Source of the DNA: Pristiophorus japonicus
Taxonomy: Eukaryota
DNA length: 64,000 bases
Reading direction: 5' to 3'
NCBI RefSeq assembly: GCF_044704955.1
Contig: NC_091977.1
Coordinates: 12,462,001-12,526,000, forward strand
The position numbers and the translations under genes were made by a program. This document shows, one piece after another, positions 24,110 through 37,700 of this stretch (within the stretch, counting starts at the first letter, position 1; each line of letters opens with the position of its first letter). The notes below the pieces were generated by a model that was given only the letters and a program-made list of their open reading frames with translations, was not told where the DNA came from and searched no databases.

Positions 24110-27100
24110 GCATGTGGTATAAGTGCTAGTAATCCAGAGGCCTGGACTATTGATCCAGAGACATGAGTTCAAATCCTACCACAGCAGCTGGGGAATTTAA
24201 ATTCAGTGAATTAAATAAATAAATCTGGCATTAAAAAGCTAGCATCAGTAATAATCCAGCAAATTGTCACAAAAACCCATCTGTTTCACGAATGTCCTTT
24301 AGGGAAGGAAATCTGCCGTCCTTACCCGGTCTGGTGTAGATGTGACTCCAGACCCACGGCAATGTGGTTGACTCTTAACTGCCCTAGCAAACCACGCAGT
24401 TGTACACAACCGCTACGTAAAATTAGAAAAAAACCACCCGGCATCGACCTCGACCTCGGCTACGGACACGATAACGGCACACCCAGCCCAATCAACACGG
24501 CAAAGTTGTTCACACAAACATCTGGAGACTTGTGTCAAAATTGGAAGAGCTGTCCCACAGACTAGTCAAGCAACAGCCTGACATAGTCATACTCTCAGAA
24601 CCATACTTTCAGCCAATGTCCCAGACTCCTCCATCACCATAACTGGATATGTCCTGTCCCACTGGCAGGACAGACCCACCGGGGGTGGCGACACGGTGCT
24701 ATACAGTCGGGAGGGGGTGACCTTGGGAAACCTCAACATTGACTCCGGACTCCATGAAGTCTCATTGGCAAGGATGGGCATGGCCAAGGGAACCTTCTGC
24801 TGATTCCCACCGACCGCCTTCCCTCAGCTAATGAATCAGTACTCCTCCGTGTTGATCACCACTTGGAAGAAGCACTGAGAGTAGCAATGGCACAGTATGT
24901 ACTCTGGGTGAGGGACTTCAATGTCCATCACCAAGAGTGGCTCGGTAGCACCACTACTGACCGAACTGGTTGAGTCCTGAAGGGCATAGCTGCAAGACTG
25001 GGCCAGCGACAGGTGGTCACGGAACCAACACGAGGGAAAAACCTACTTGACCTCGTCCTCACCAATCTACCTGTCGGAGATGCACCTGTCCATGACAGCA
25101 TTGGTAGCAGTGACACCGCATAGTCATTGTGGAGATGAAGTCCCATCTTCATACTGAGGACACCATCCATCATGTTGTGTGGCACTACCACCGTGCTAAA
25201 TAGGATAGATTCAGAACAGACCTAGCAGCTCAAAACTGGGCATCCGTGAGGTGCTGTGGGCCATCAGCAGGAGCATAATTTTATTCCACCACAATCTGTA
25301 ACCTCATGGCCCGGCATATCCCTCACTCTACCATTACCATCAAGCCAGGGGACCAACTCTGGTTCGATGAAGAGTGTAGAAGATCATGCCAGGAGCAGCA
25401 CCAGGCATACCTAAAACAAATTAGGTGCAAATCTGAGGAAGCTGCAACACAGGACTACATACATGCTATAGACAAGGCTACGTGATCCCACAACTAACGA
25501 ATCAGATTAAAGCTCTGCAGTCCTGCCACATTCAGTCGTGAATGGTGGTGGACCATGAAACCACTAACAGGAGGAGGAGGCTCCATGAAATTCCTATCCT
25601 CAATGATGGCGGAGCCTAGCACGTGGGCGCAAAAAACAAGGCTGCAGCGTTTACAACCATCTTCAGCCAGAAGTCCATATCGGCCTCCTCCCAAGGTGCC
25701 CACCACCACAGAAGCCACTCTTCAGCCAATTCGATTCACACCACGTGATATCAAGAGATGACTGAGCACACTGGATACAGCAAAGTCTATGGGCCCCAAC
25801 AACATCCCAGCTGTTGTGCTGAAGACTTGTGCTCCAGAACTAGCCGTGCCTCACGCCAAGCTGTTCCAGTACTACTACAACACTGGCATCTATCTGACAA
25901 TGTGGAGAACTGCCCAGGTATGTCCTGTCCACAAAAAGCAGGACAAATCCAATCTGGACAATTACTGCCCCTTCAGTCAAACCTCAATCATCAAGTGATT
26001 GAAGGTGTTATTGACAGTGCTATCAAGTGGCACTTACCAATAACCTGCTCACCGATGCCCAGTTTGGATTCCACCATGACCACTTGGCTATCGACCTCAG
26101 TACAGCCTTGATCCAAACACGGACAAAAGAGCTGAATTCCAGAGGTGAAGTGAGAGTGACTGCTCTTGCTATCAAGGCAGCATTTGACCAAGTGTGGCAT
26201 TATGGAGCCCGAGTAAAACTGAAGTCAGTGGGAATCAGAGGGAAAACTCTCCACTGGCTGGAGTCAGACCTAGCACAAAGGAAGCTGGTTGTGGTGGTTG
26301 GAGGTCAATCATCACAGCCCCAGGACATTGCTGCAGGAGTTCCTCAGGGCAGTGTCCTCGGCCCAACCATCTTCAGCTGCTTCATCAATGATCTTCCCTC
26401 CATCATAAGGTCAGAATTGAGGATGTTCACTGACAATTGCACAGTGTTCAGTGCCATTCACAACTCCTCAGATAATGGAGCAGTCCGTGCCCGCATGCAG
26501 CAAGACCTGGATGACATTCAGGCTTGGGCTGATAAGTGCCAAGTAATATTCGTGCCACACAAGTGCCAGGCAATGACTATCTCCAACAAGCGAGAGTCTA
26601 AACATCACCACTTGACATTCAACGGCATTACCATCGCCGAATCACACACCATCAACATCCTGGGAGTCACCATTAACGAGAAACTTAACTAGACCAGCCA
26701 CATAAATACAGTGGCAACAAGAGCAGGTCAGAGACTTGGTATTCTGCGGCGAGTGTCTCACCTCCTGACTCCCCAAGGCCCATCGTGTCCGCGCCGGCCG
26801 ACCAAGAGCTATCCAGCCTAATCCCACTTTCCATTTTTTGGTCCATAGCCCTGTAGGTTACGTCACTTTAAGTGCACATCCAAGTATTTTTTAAATGTGG
26901 TGAGGCAGTGAGTTCCAGACCCACACCACCCTCTGGGTGAAGAAATTTCCCCTCATATCTCCTCTAACCCTCTCTGCAATTACTTTAAATCTATTTCCCC
27001 AGGTTGTTGACCCCTCTACCAATGGAAACACGTCCTTCCTATCCACTCTATCCAGGCCCCCCATAATTTTATACACCTCAATCAGGTCTCCCTTCAACCT

Positions 27101-28197
27101 CCTCTGTTCCAAAGAAAACAGACCCAGCATCTCCAATCTTTCCTCATAACCAAAGTTCTCCAATCCAGGCAACATTCTTGTAAATTTCCTCTGCACCCTT
27201 TCCAGTACATCTTTCCTGTAATGTGGTGATCAGAACTACATACAATATTCCACCTGCGGCCTAACCAGTGTTCTATACAGTTCAAGCATAACGTCCTTGT
27301 TCTTGTATTCTAATAAAGGCAAGTATTCCATATGGCTTCTTAACCAACTTATCTATCTAGCCTGCTAACTTCAGGGATCTGTGGACCTGCACTCCAAGGT
27401 CCGTTTGTTCCTACCATTTAAGGTGTATTCCCTTGCCTTGTTAGACCTCGCCAAATGCATTACCTCACACTTCTCCGGTTTGAATTCCATTTGCCACTGT
27501 TCTGCCCACCTGACCAGTACAGTGATATCTTCCTGCAGTCCGCAGCTTTCTTCTTCATTATCAACCACACGGCCGATTTTAGTGTCATTTGTAAACTTCT
27601 TAATCATACCCCCAATATTCAAGTCCATGTCATTGATATAGACCACAAAAAGAAATGGACCCAGCACTGGGCCCTCAGAGTGTGATGTAATACTCTCCCC
27701 TTGCCTGGATGAGTGCAACTGCAACAACACTCAAGAAGCTCGACAATCCAGGACAAAATAGCCCGCTTGATTGGCACCCATCCACCACCTTAAACATTCA
27801 CTACCTCCATCATCGATGTACCGTGGCTGCAGTGAGTACCATCTACAAGATGCACTGCAGCAACTCACCAAGGCTTCTTTGGCAGCACCTCCCAAACCCG
27901 CAACATCTACCACCTAGAAGGACAAGGGCAGCAGGTGCATGGGAGCACCACCACCTCCACGTTCCCCTTATAGTCACACACCATCCTGACTTGGAAGTAT
28001 ATCGCCGTTCCTTCATCGTCGCTGGGTCAAAATCCTGGAACTCCCTCCCGAACGGCACTGTGGGAGTACCTTCACCACACGGACTGCAGTGGTTCAAGAA
28101 GGCGGCTCACCACCATCTTCTCAAGGGCAATTAGGGATGGGCAATAAATGCCGGCATCGCTAGCGATGCCCACATCCCATGAACAGATAAAATAAAA
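24110..28197 (+). mobile_element. APE-RT LINE (CR1/L2 group) with tRNA-like 5' head, near full length, decayed
   Basis: B-box-like GAGTTCAAATCC at ~24165; endonuclease remnants; AGVPQGSVLGPTIFSCFINDL...MFTD; SKSWNSLP; 3' end cccacatcccatgaacagataaaataaa. Confidence 0.8.
26779..27668 (-). mobile_element. CR1 3' fragment nested in the LINE above
   Basis: VLGPFLFVVYINDMD, KFTNDTK, FFTQRVVWVWNSLP. Confidence 0.85.
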
Positions 28198-28549
28198 GCT
28201 TAATGTTCCACCTTTGTATTGTCAGCAAACATGGATACACCTCTAGACACTCCAAATCCACATCCCCTTTAAGAAGAGCTGGCTGCCTTTAAATGGCATT
28301 GTGCATTCCTGATTTTGATCTCCCTCCTGGTGCCTGCAACCGATCAACAGCACGGGTAGCGCTGGCTGCACACAGCAATGGTGGAAATCAGCAGGCAGCA
28401 TGGATTTTATGGGCCTGGGTTCATCGCGTACAGCCATCCCCACGCCCGTTCTCCCCGCGAATCAATTTAACCCCCTGGAGCTCGATGGACATTCTGCCAA
28501 CAATATTGGAAGCTGATGCAGTATCTCTCATTCTCACTTGATGCTCAAC

Positions 28550-28709
28550 ATAAAGACACTTCCTGTTAGCCTGTTAAATTCAGTGAGACTGATCAACAGT
28601 TTCCACAGATTGCACAAGAAGTGAAGGAACACTTCGAGCAACTTCTGTATTTCGGTGTCAGGAGACAAGAAGCAGCGAAGGAGAAGGACGAAACAGCGGA
28701 GAGCTGGCG
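28550..28709 (+). promoter_or_regulatory. Candidate promoter/5' UTR of paralogue B with an ETS motif
   Basis: CACTTCCTGT at 28557-28566 (reverse complement ACAGGAAGTG, ETS consensus) and AGAAGTGAAGG at ~28617, in apparently non-repeat sequence just upstream of the leader exon. Confidence 0.4.
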
Positions 28710-28770
28710 ATGAATTCTCTCTACGTTTGGCTTCCCACAGTCCTGCTGTCGGTCTCGGTGCAGGGTCGCA
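28710..28770 (+). CDS. Candidate signal-peptide (leader) exon of Siglec-like paralogue B
   Basis: ATG with G at -3; MNSLYVWLPTVLLSVSVQ(GR); two phase-1 donors (G|gtcgca after 28764, A|gtaggt after 28770); both join in frame to V1 LSVSG-WTM, completing a plausible cleavage site. Confidence 0.62.
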
Positions 28771-28929
28771 GTAGGTGCTTTCCATTAACAACTGTTCACT
28801 TTCATTTTGTTGCATAAACTGCTCCTTTTTACTATTTCACCGTTGGGTCGCAGTGGGTGAAAGTCCAGGGGAGCGACGGTCAGTCAGAGAAACAGGGAGG
28901 GGTAGAGCGAGTGTCAGGGTTTCGAGTGA

Positions 28930-29590
28930 GACACAAGGAACATAGGAAGAGGGGTCGGCCATTCAGCCCCTCGAGTCTGTCCTGCCATTTAATGAGATCC
29001 TGGCTGATGTGTACCTTAACTCCATTCACCTGCCTTGGCTCCATATCCCTTACTCCACTTGGCTCGCAAAAATCTATCGATCTCAGATTTAAAATTATTT
29101 CTTGAGCTGGGGCTTTTTACAGAGAGAGTTCCACACAGTTCTACCACCCTTTGCGTCAAGAAGTTTTTCCTGACCTCTGGTGGAAGGTCTGGCTCTGAAT
29201 GTGAGGTTATGTTCCCTTATCCTCAACTTCCCCACCAGCAAAAAAGCTTCTCTTGATCTACCCGAACAAGTCCTTTCAATATCTTAAAAACCTCAGTCAA
29301 ATCACCCTTTAACCTTCTATATTCCAGGGACTACAAGTCTACATTATGTAATCTCTCCTCAAAATGAAACCCTTGGAGCCCTGGTAACATTCTGGTGACA
29401 CTGCGTTGCACTGTTCCAAGGCTAATATATCTTTTCTTACATGTGGTGCCCAGAGCTGTACCCAATATGTGGTCTAACCAGAGTTTTATATAGCTGTAGC
29501 AAAACATCTTCCTTTTCTATTCTAGCCCATTCGATATAAAGGCTAATATTCCATCAGCCTTTTTGATTAATGTTTCTACCTGTCCTGTGG
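28930..29590 (-). mobile_element. Old CR1 3' end
   Basis: ggccattcagcccctcgag 3' UTR motif and degenerate ORF2 C-terminus. Confidence 0.7.
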
Positions 29591-29930
29591 CGTGACCATT
29601 GTATAGCTGGGTAACCAAGGGTGGTGGAGGTATTGGAAGTGGCAGAGGGAGCTGAGAGCTGGTGTAGGCAGCTGTCGGTGTCTGGGAGAAGTGATCATTC
29701 TCTCTCTCTTTATCTCTGAAGGTGCCAGCTGGTCTTTTTTGTCTGCTCATATGTATCACCCCCTGACCTTCTCTGGCAGCCCATCCCATCAAACATTCAA
29801 TTTAAATCTCTTGTCCTTGTCTATAAATCCCTCCATAGCCCTGTAACTCCCTACCTCTGCATAGGGACCGGAGAAGGCCATTCAGCCCCTCGAACCTGTT
29901 CTGCAATTTAATTAGATCATGGCTGATCTG

Positions 29931-31712
29931 TATAGAAACATAGTACATAGGTGTAGGAGTAGGCCCTTCGAGCCTTCACCACCATTCAATAAGATCATGG
30001 CTGATCATTCACCTCAGTACCCCTTCCCTGCTTTCTCTCCATACTCCTTGATCCCTTTAACCGTAAGGGCCATATCTAACTCCCTCTTGAATATATCCAA
30101 TGAACTGGCATCAACAACTCTCTGCGGTAGGGAATTCCACAGGTTAACAACTCTCTAAGTGCAGAAGTTTCTCCTCATCTCAGTCCTAAATGGTTTACCC
30201 CTTATCCTTAGACTGTGTCCTCTGACTCTGGACTTCCCCAACATCGGGAATATTCTTCCTGCATCTAACCAGTCCAATCCCATCAGAATGTTATATGTTT
30301 CTATGAGATCCCCTCTCATCCTTCTAAACTCCAGTGAATACAAGCCCAGTCGATCCAGTCTCTCCTCATACGTCAGTCCAGCCATCCCGGGAATAAATCT
30401 GGTGAACCTTCGCTGCACCCACTCAATAGCAAGCATGTCCTTCCTCAGATTAGGAGACCAAAACTGCACATAATACTCAAGGTGTGGTCTCACCAAGGCC
30501 CTGTACAACTGCAGTAAGACTTCCCTGCTCCTATACTCAAATCCCCTCGCTATGAAGGCCAGCATGCCATTTGCTTTCTTTACTGCCTGCTGTACCTGCA
30601 TGCCTACCTTCAATGACTGATGTACCATGACACCCAGGTCTCTTTGCACCTCCCCTTTTACTAATCTGTCACCATTCAGATAATAGTCTGCCTTCCTGTT
30701 TTTGCCACCAAAGTGGATAGCCTCACATTTATCCACATTATACTGCATCTGCCATGCATTTGTCCATTCACCTAACCTGTCCAAGTCCCCCTGCAGCCTC
30801 GTAACATCCTCCTCGCAGCTCGCACTGCCACCCAACTTAGTGTCATCGGCAAACTTGGAGATATTACCTTCAATTCCTTTGTTCCCGATGTTGGGGAAGT
30901 CCAGAACCAGGGATCACAGTCTAAGGATAAGGGGTAAGCCATTTAGGACCGAGATGAGGAGAAACTTCTTCACCCAGAGAGTGGTGAACCTGTGGAATTC
31001 TCTACCACAGAAAGTTGTTGAGGCCAATTCACTAAATATATTCAAAAAGGAGTTACATGTAGTCCTTACTACTAGGGGGATCAAGGAGTATGGCGAGAAA
31101 GCAGGAATGGGGTACTGAAGTTGCATGTTCAGCCATGAACTCATTGAATGGCGGTGCAGGCTCGAAGGGCCGAATGGGCTACTCCTGCACCTATTTTCTA
31201 TGTTTCTATGTTTCCTACTCTTTGCTTCATGTCTGCCAACCAGTTCTCTATCCATGTTACTATATTACCCCCAATACCATGTGCCTTAATTTTGCACATT
31301 AATATCTTATGTGGGACCTTGTCGAAAGCCTTTTGAATGTCCAAATACACCACATCCACTGGTTCTCCCTTATCCACTATACTAGTTACATCCTCAAAAA
31401 ACTCTAGAAGATTTGTCAAGCATGATTTTCCTTTCATAAATCCATGCTGACTTGGACCGATCCTGTCACTGCTTTCCAGATGCGCTGCTATTACATCTTT
31501 AATAATTGATTCCAGCATTTTCCCCACTACCGATGTCAGGCTGACCGGTCTATAATTTCCTGTTTTCTCTCTCCCTCCTTTTTTAAAAAGTGGGGTTACA
31601 TTAGCTACCCTCCAATCCATAGGAACTGATCCAGAGTCCATGGAATGTTGGAAAATAATCACCAATACATCTACTATTTCTAGGGCCACTTCCTTAAGTA
31701 CTCTGGGATGTA
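29931..31712 (-). mobile_element. CR1 ORF2 fragment (minus) containing a plus-strand CR1 3' piece at ~30879-31212
   Basis: ORFs 30155-30835 and 31198-31712 are CR1 RT; the internal piece ends in a (TTTCTATG)n tail; ~110 bp of RT appears missing at the junction. Confidence 0.85.
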
Positions 31713-32283
31713 ATGGGCAAACACCCATCGGGAGCACACAGGTCCAGTGAGCTACCCAATCCTGTAGCCTGTGTCCCTGGAACCAGAGTGATGCACCACG
31801 GAGTGTGGCCACAAGCAGCTAATATAGACAAGCTGCAGAACAAGCGATCTCAGGAGGGCAATGGCACCGGTATCGATACCCTTACCCTTAACATCTCCAC
31901 CTCTCAGGCACCCGATGGCACCAACCGCCACGAGCCTGAAATGCAAAACGTGCTAAGGCGCAGCTCCCAGACCGCATCGCTACACCCGGGAACGAAGGGT
32001 CACGCGCAACGGTTCTCCCAAATGGGATCGGGACCAGCCAGGATCTCAAACCAAATAAAGCCCAGGCAAGTGAGTCAGCAGTTCCCTGCGCACTGCCAGA
32101 CGACTGCCCCTCAGGGAGGAGCAGCGACCTGGGGCGCAAGGAAAGGACAGGGAGGTCACAGGCATCTGTGAACCTGCCCGACGCTAGGAGCAATGGTAAA
32201 GGCCCCGAGAGCAGGCAACTTGAGCCAACCGGGTTCCCACTGCCAGCACTGGGCACCGCGCCACCACCAGACTACCTGGACAC

Positions 32284-32551
32284 TGTCATGTATCTCACAT
32301 TACTGTATATAACTGTATCTTACCATGCTATACATGACTGTAACTGGATATGACCTGTAACAATAAGCATACCTTACCACCAGGGGTGCACTTGCAGGAG
32401 ACACTCCATACCTGTCCCACTGAGGTATATAAAGGCAGGTCTCAGGCAAGTGCAACACTGGAGAGCTGTAAATTAAAGGTGCAGGTCCTGAGTGACCTTG
32501 ACTTCAGCATGTGTCTCGTGTAAGTCAGTACATTAGAGTCAGGATTTAACA
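32284..32551 (+). mobile_element. Solo LTR, 268 bp, 5-bp TSD GACAC
   Basis: TG...CA; GACAC at 32279-32283 and 32552-32556; TATATAAA and ATTAAA; similar to the LTR at 60485-60743. Confidence 0.9.
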
Positions 32552-34750
32552 GACACCATCCAGCAATTCTGGTATTAGTTTGCCCCGGTGCTGACCCCAG
32601 CACTGACTCCAAGTGTGTATCAAGAATGTACCTCACCAGTCAAAGGTACTTGCCTCACAACTGTACCACAAATGTAATGATATAAATGCACATTTTTTTC
32701 TGGACTTGATAGGGAATGGAAGGCCAGCAGGAAGAGCAGTGCAAGGAATGTAGTGCAGGGGTCCCCTGCGGTCATCCCCCTGCAAAACAGATACACCGCT
32801 TTGAGTACTGTTGAGGGGGATGACTCATCAGGGGAGGGCAGCAGCAGCCAAGTTCATGGCACCGTGGCTGGCTCTGCTGCACAGGAGGGCAGGAAAAAGT
32901 GTGGGAGACCGACAGTGATAGAGGATTCAATTGTAAGGGGAATAGATAGGCGTTTCTGCGACCGCAACCGAGACTCCAGGATGGTATGTTGCCTCACTGG
33001 TGCAAGGGTCAAGGATGTCTCGGAGCGGGTGCAGGACATTCTGAAAAGGGAGGGTGAACAGCCAGTTGTCGTGGTGCACATTGGTGCCAACGAAATAGGT
33101 AAAAAAAGGGATGAGGTCCTACGAGAAGAATTTAGAAGCTAGGAGCTAAATTAAAAAGTAGGACCTCAAAAGTAGTAATCTCGGGATTGCTACCAGTGCC
33201 ACGTGTTAGTCAGAGTAGGAATCGCAGGATAGCTCAGATGAATATGTGGCTTGAGCAGTGGTACAGCAGGGAGGGATTCAAATTCCTGGGGCATTGGAAC
33301 TGGTTCTGGGGGAGGTGGGACCAGTACAAACCGGACGGTCTACACCTGGGCAGGTCCGGAACCAATGCCCTAGTGGGAGTGTTTGCGAGTGCTGTTGGGG
33401 AAGAGTTAAACTTATATGGCAGGGGATGGAAACCAATGCAGGGAGACAGAGGGAAATAAAATGGAGACAGAAGCAAAGGATAGAAAGGAGATGAGTAAAA
33501 GTGGAGGGCAGAGAAACCCAAGGTAAAAAACAAAAAGGGCCACTGTACAGCAAAAGTCTAAAGGGTCAAAGTGTTGAATCATTGTGGGTGGAGATTAGAG
33601 ATAGTAAGGGGAAAAAGTCACTGGTGGGCGTAGTGTATCGGCCCCCAAATAATAACTTCACGGTGGGGCGGGCAATAATCAAGGGAATAATGGAGGCATG
33701 TGAAAAAGGAACGGCAATAGTCATGGGGGATTTTAACCTACATATCGATTGGTCAACTCAAATCGCACGGGGTAGCCTGGAGAAGGAATTCATAGAATGC
33801 ATACGGGATTGTTTCTTAGAACATTATGTTACAGAACCTACAAGGGAGCAAGCTATCTTAGATCTGGTCCTGTGTAATGAGACAGGAAAAATAAACGATC
33901 TCCTAGTAAAAGATCCTCTCGGAATGAGTGATCACAGTATGGTTGAATTTGTAATACAGATTGAGGGTGAGGAAGTTGTGTCAGAAACGAGCGTACTATG
34001 CTTAAACAAAGGGGACTACAGTGGGATGAGGGCAGAGTTGGCTAAAGTAGACTGGAAACACAGACTAAACGGTGGCACAATTGAGGAACAGTGGAGGACT
34101 TTTAAGGAGCTCTTTCATAGTGCGCAACAAAAATATATTCCAGTGAAAAAGAAGGGTGGTAAGAGAAGGGATAAACAGCCGTGGATAACCAAGGAAATAA
34201 AGGAGAGTATCAAATCAAAGACCAATGCGTATAAGGTAGCCAAGGTTAGTGGGAAACTAGAAGATGGGGAAAATTTTAAACAACAGCAAAGAATGATTTA
34301 AAAAGCAATAAAGAAAGGAAAGATAGATTACGAAGGTAAACTTGCGCAAAACATAAAAAACAGATAGTAAAAGCTTTTACCGATATATAAAACCGAAAAG
34401 AGTGACTAAAGTAAATGTTGGTCCCTTCGAAGATGAGAAGGGGGATTTAATAATGGGAAATGTGGAAATGGCTGAGACCTTAAACAATTATTTTGCCTCG
34501 GTCTTCACAGTGGATGACACAGAAACCATGCCAAAAATTGCTGGTCACAGGAATGTGGAAGGGAGGACCTTGAGACAATCACTATCACTAGGGGGGTAGT
34601 GCTGGATAGGCTAATGGGACTCAAGGTAGACAAGTCCCCTGGTCCTGATGAAATGCATCCCAAGGTATTAAAAGAGATGGCGGAAGTTATAGCAGATGCA
34701 TTCGTTATAATCTACCAAAATTCTCTGGACTCTGGATTGGAAAGCCGCTA

Positions 34751-37700
34751 ATAGAAATATTGGGCCCAAATTTCCACAGGATAAAAAACGGACGCCCCTT
34801 CGAGCTGGGCGCCCGTTTTTCGCGCCTAAAAACGGCGCCGGAAAAAAAACGCGCGATTCTGGAGCGCCCTGCAGCTCCTTGTCTGTTTGGCGCGGCGCCC
34901 AGGGGGGCGGAGCCTACACTCGCGCCGATTTTGTAAGTGGGAGGGGGCGGGTACTATTTAAATTAGTTTTTTTCCTGCCGGCAATGCTGCGCATGTGCGT
35001 TGGAGCGTTCACGCACGCGCAGTGTGAAGGAAACAATGGCACTCGGCCATTTTTGTAGTTCTTTGTAGCTGTTTAATTTTTGAACTTTTTTTAATAAAAG
35101 CACATTGCCATCAGCACATCAGCACTTGCAACCTTCTCACTGTCTCCTTCCTCCCCCCGCGGGAACGAACGGGCGCCTCCTCCTCCTCCCCCCGCGGGAA
35201 CGAATGGGCGCCTCCCCCCGCTCCCCGCGGGAATGTACGGGTGCCTCAACTTGTGAGGCTTTCTGCAGAATTCTCCGTGGCTGGAGCACTTTCACACAGG
35301 TAGGAAGATGGTTTATTTAATCTTTTCTTTGCTTATAAATGTTTATTCAAGTTGGATTTATTTGTATAATATTTGTAGAAGTATAAATAAGGATTTATTG
35401 TAGAATTTAATGGCTTCCCATTCCCCCCCCCTCCCCCCCCACCTCGTTCTGGACGCCTAATTTGTAACCTGCGCCTGATTTTTTAATGTGTAGAACAGGT
35501 TTTTTCAGTTCTACAAAAATCTTCACTTGCTCCATTCTAAGTTAGTTTGGAGTACGTTTTCACTGTGGAAACTTTCAAATCAGGCGTCAGTGGCCGGACA
35601 CGCCCCCTTTTGAAGAAAAAATTCTGTTCCAAAGTAGAACTGTTCTACCTGACTAGAACTGCAGAAAAAAAAATGTGGAGAATAGCGATTTCTAAGATAG
35701 TCCGTTCTCCACCAGTTGCTCCTAAAAATCAGGCGCAAATCATGTGGAAACTTGGGCCCATAGAAACATAGAAAATAGGTGCAGGAGTAGGCCATTCGGC
35801 CCTTCTAGCCTGCACTGCCATTCAATGAGTTCATGGCTGAACATGCAACTTCAGTACCCCATTCCTGCTTTCTCGCCATACCCTTTGATCCCCCTAGTAG
35901 TAAGGACTTCATCTAACTCCCATTTGAATATATTTAGTGAATTGGCCTCAACTACTTTCTGTGGTAGAGAATTCCACAGGTTCACCACTGAAGAAGTTTC
36001 TCCAGGTGAAGAAGATTCTCCTCATCTCGGTCCTAAATGGCTTACCCCTTATCCTCAGACTGTGACCCCTGGTTGTGGACTTCCCCAACATTGGGAACAT
36101 TCTTCCTGCATCTAACCTGTCTAAACCCGTCAGAATTTTAAACATTTCTATGAGGTCCCCTCTCATTCTTCTGAACTCCAGTGAAGTAAAGCCCAGTTGA
36201 TCCAGTCTTTCTTGATAGGTCAGTCCCACCATCCCGGGAATCAGTCTGGTGAACCTTCGCTGCACTCCCTCAATAGCAAGAATGTCCTTCCTCAAGTTAG
36301 GAGACCAAAACTGTACACAATACTCCAGGTGTGGCCTCACCAAGGCCCTGTACAACTGTAGCAATACCTCCCTGCGCCTGTACTCAAATCCCCTCGCTAT
36401 GAAGGCCAACATGCCATTTGCTTTCTTAACCGCCTGCTGTACCTGCATGCCAACCTTCAATGACTGATGTACCATGACATCCAGGTCTTGTTGCACCTCC
36501 CCTTTTCCTAATCTGTCACCATTCAGATAATAGTCTGTCTCTCTGTTTTTACCACCAAAGTGGATAACCTCACATTTATCCACATTATACTTCATCTGCC
36601 ATGCATTTGCCCACTCACCTAACCTATCCAAGTCACTCTGCATACTCATAGCATCCTCCTCACAGTTCACACTGCCACCCAACTTAGTGTCATCCGCAAA
36701 TTTGGAGATACTACATTTAATCCCCTCATCTAAGTCATTAATGTACAATGTAAACAGCTGGGGCCCCAGCACAGAACCTTGCGGTACCCCACTAGTCACT
36801 GCCTGCCATTCTGAAAAGTACCCATTTACTCCTACTCTTTGCTTCCTGTCTGACAACCAGTTCTCAATCCAAGTCAGCACACTACCCCCAATCCCATGTG
36901 CTTTAACTTTGCACATTAATCTCTTGTGTGAGACCTTGTCGAAAGCCTTCTGAAAGTCCAAATATACCACATCAAATGGTTCTCCCTTGTCCACTCTACT
37001 GGAAACATCCTCAAAAAATTCCAGAAGATTTGTCAAGCATGATTTCCCTTTCACAAATCCATGCTGACTTGGACCTATCATGTCACCTCTTTCCAAATGC
37101 GCTGCTATGACATCCTTAATAATTGATTCCATCATTTTACCCACGACCGATGTCAGGCTGACCGGTCTATAATTCCCTGTTTTCTCTCTCCCTCCTTTTT
37201 TAAAAAGTGGGGTTACACTGGCTACCCTCCACTCGATAGGAACTGATCCAGAGTCAATGAAATGTTGGAAAATGACTGTCAATGCATCCACTATTTCCAA
37301 GGCCACCTCCTTAAGTACTCTGGGATGCAGTCCATCAGGCCCTGGGGATTTATCGGCCTTCAATCCCATCAATTTCCCCAACACAATTTCCCGACTAATA
37401 AGGATTTCCCTCAGTTCCTCCTCCTTACTAGACCCTCTGACCCCTTTTATATCTGGAAGGTTGTTTGTGTCCTCCTTAGTGAATACTGAACCAAAGTACT
37501 TGTTCAATTGGTCTGCCATTTTTTTGTTCCCCGCTATGACTTCCCCTGATTCTGACTGCAGGGGACCTACGTTTGTCTTTACTAACCTTTTTCTCTTTAC
37601 ATATCTATAGAAACTTTTGCAATCCGTCTTAATGTTCCCTGCAAGCTTCTTCTCGTACTCCATTTTCCCTGCCCTAATCAAACCCTTTGTCCTCCTCTGC

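Larger units (their letters stand above)
23101..28475 (-). mobile_element. Older Harbinger remnant (Myb/SANT exons + one TIR), split by a LINE
   Basis: Minus-strand EVNASN...CSRNKFNYLTIIVK|V (~24000-24100) parallels the Myb exon at 5016; TIR-like AATTTAACCCCC ends at 28475. Confidence 0.55.
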
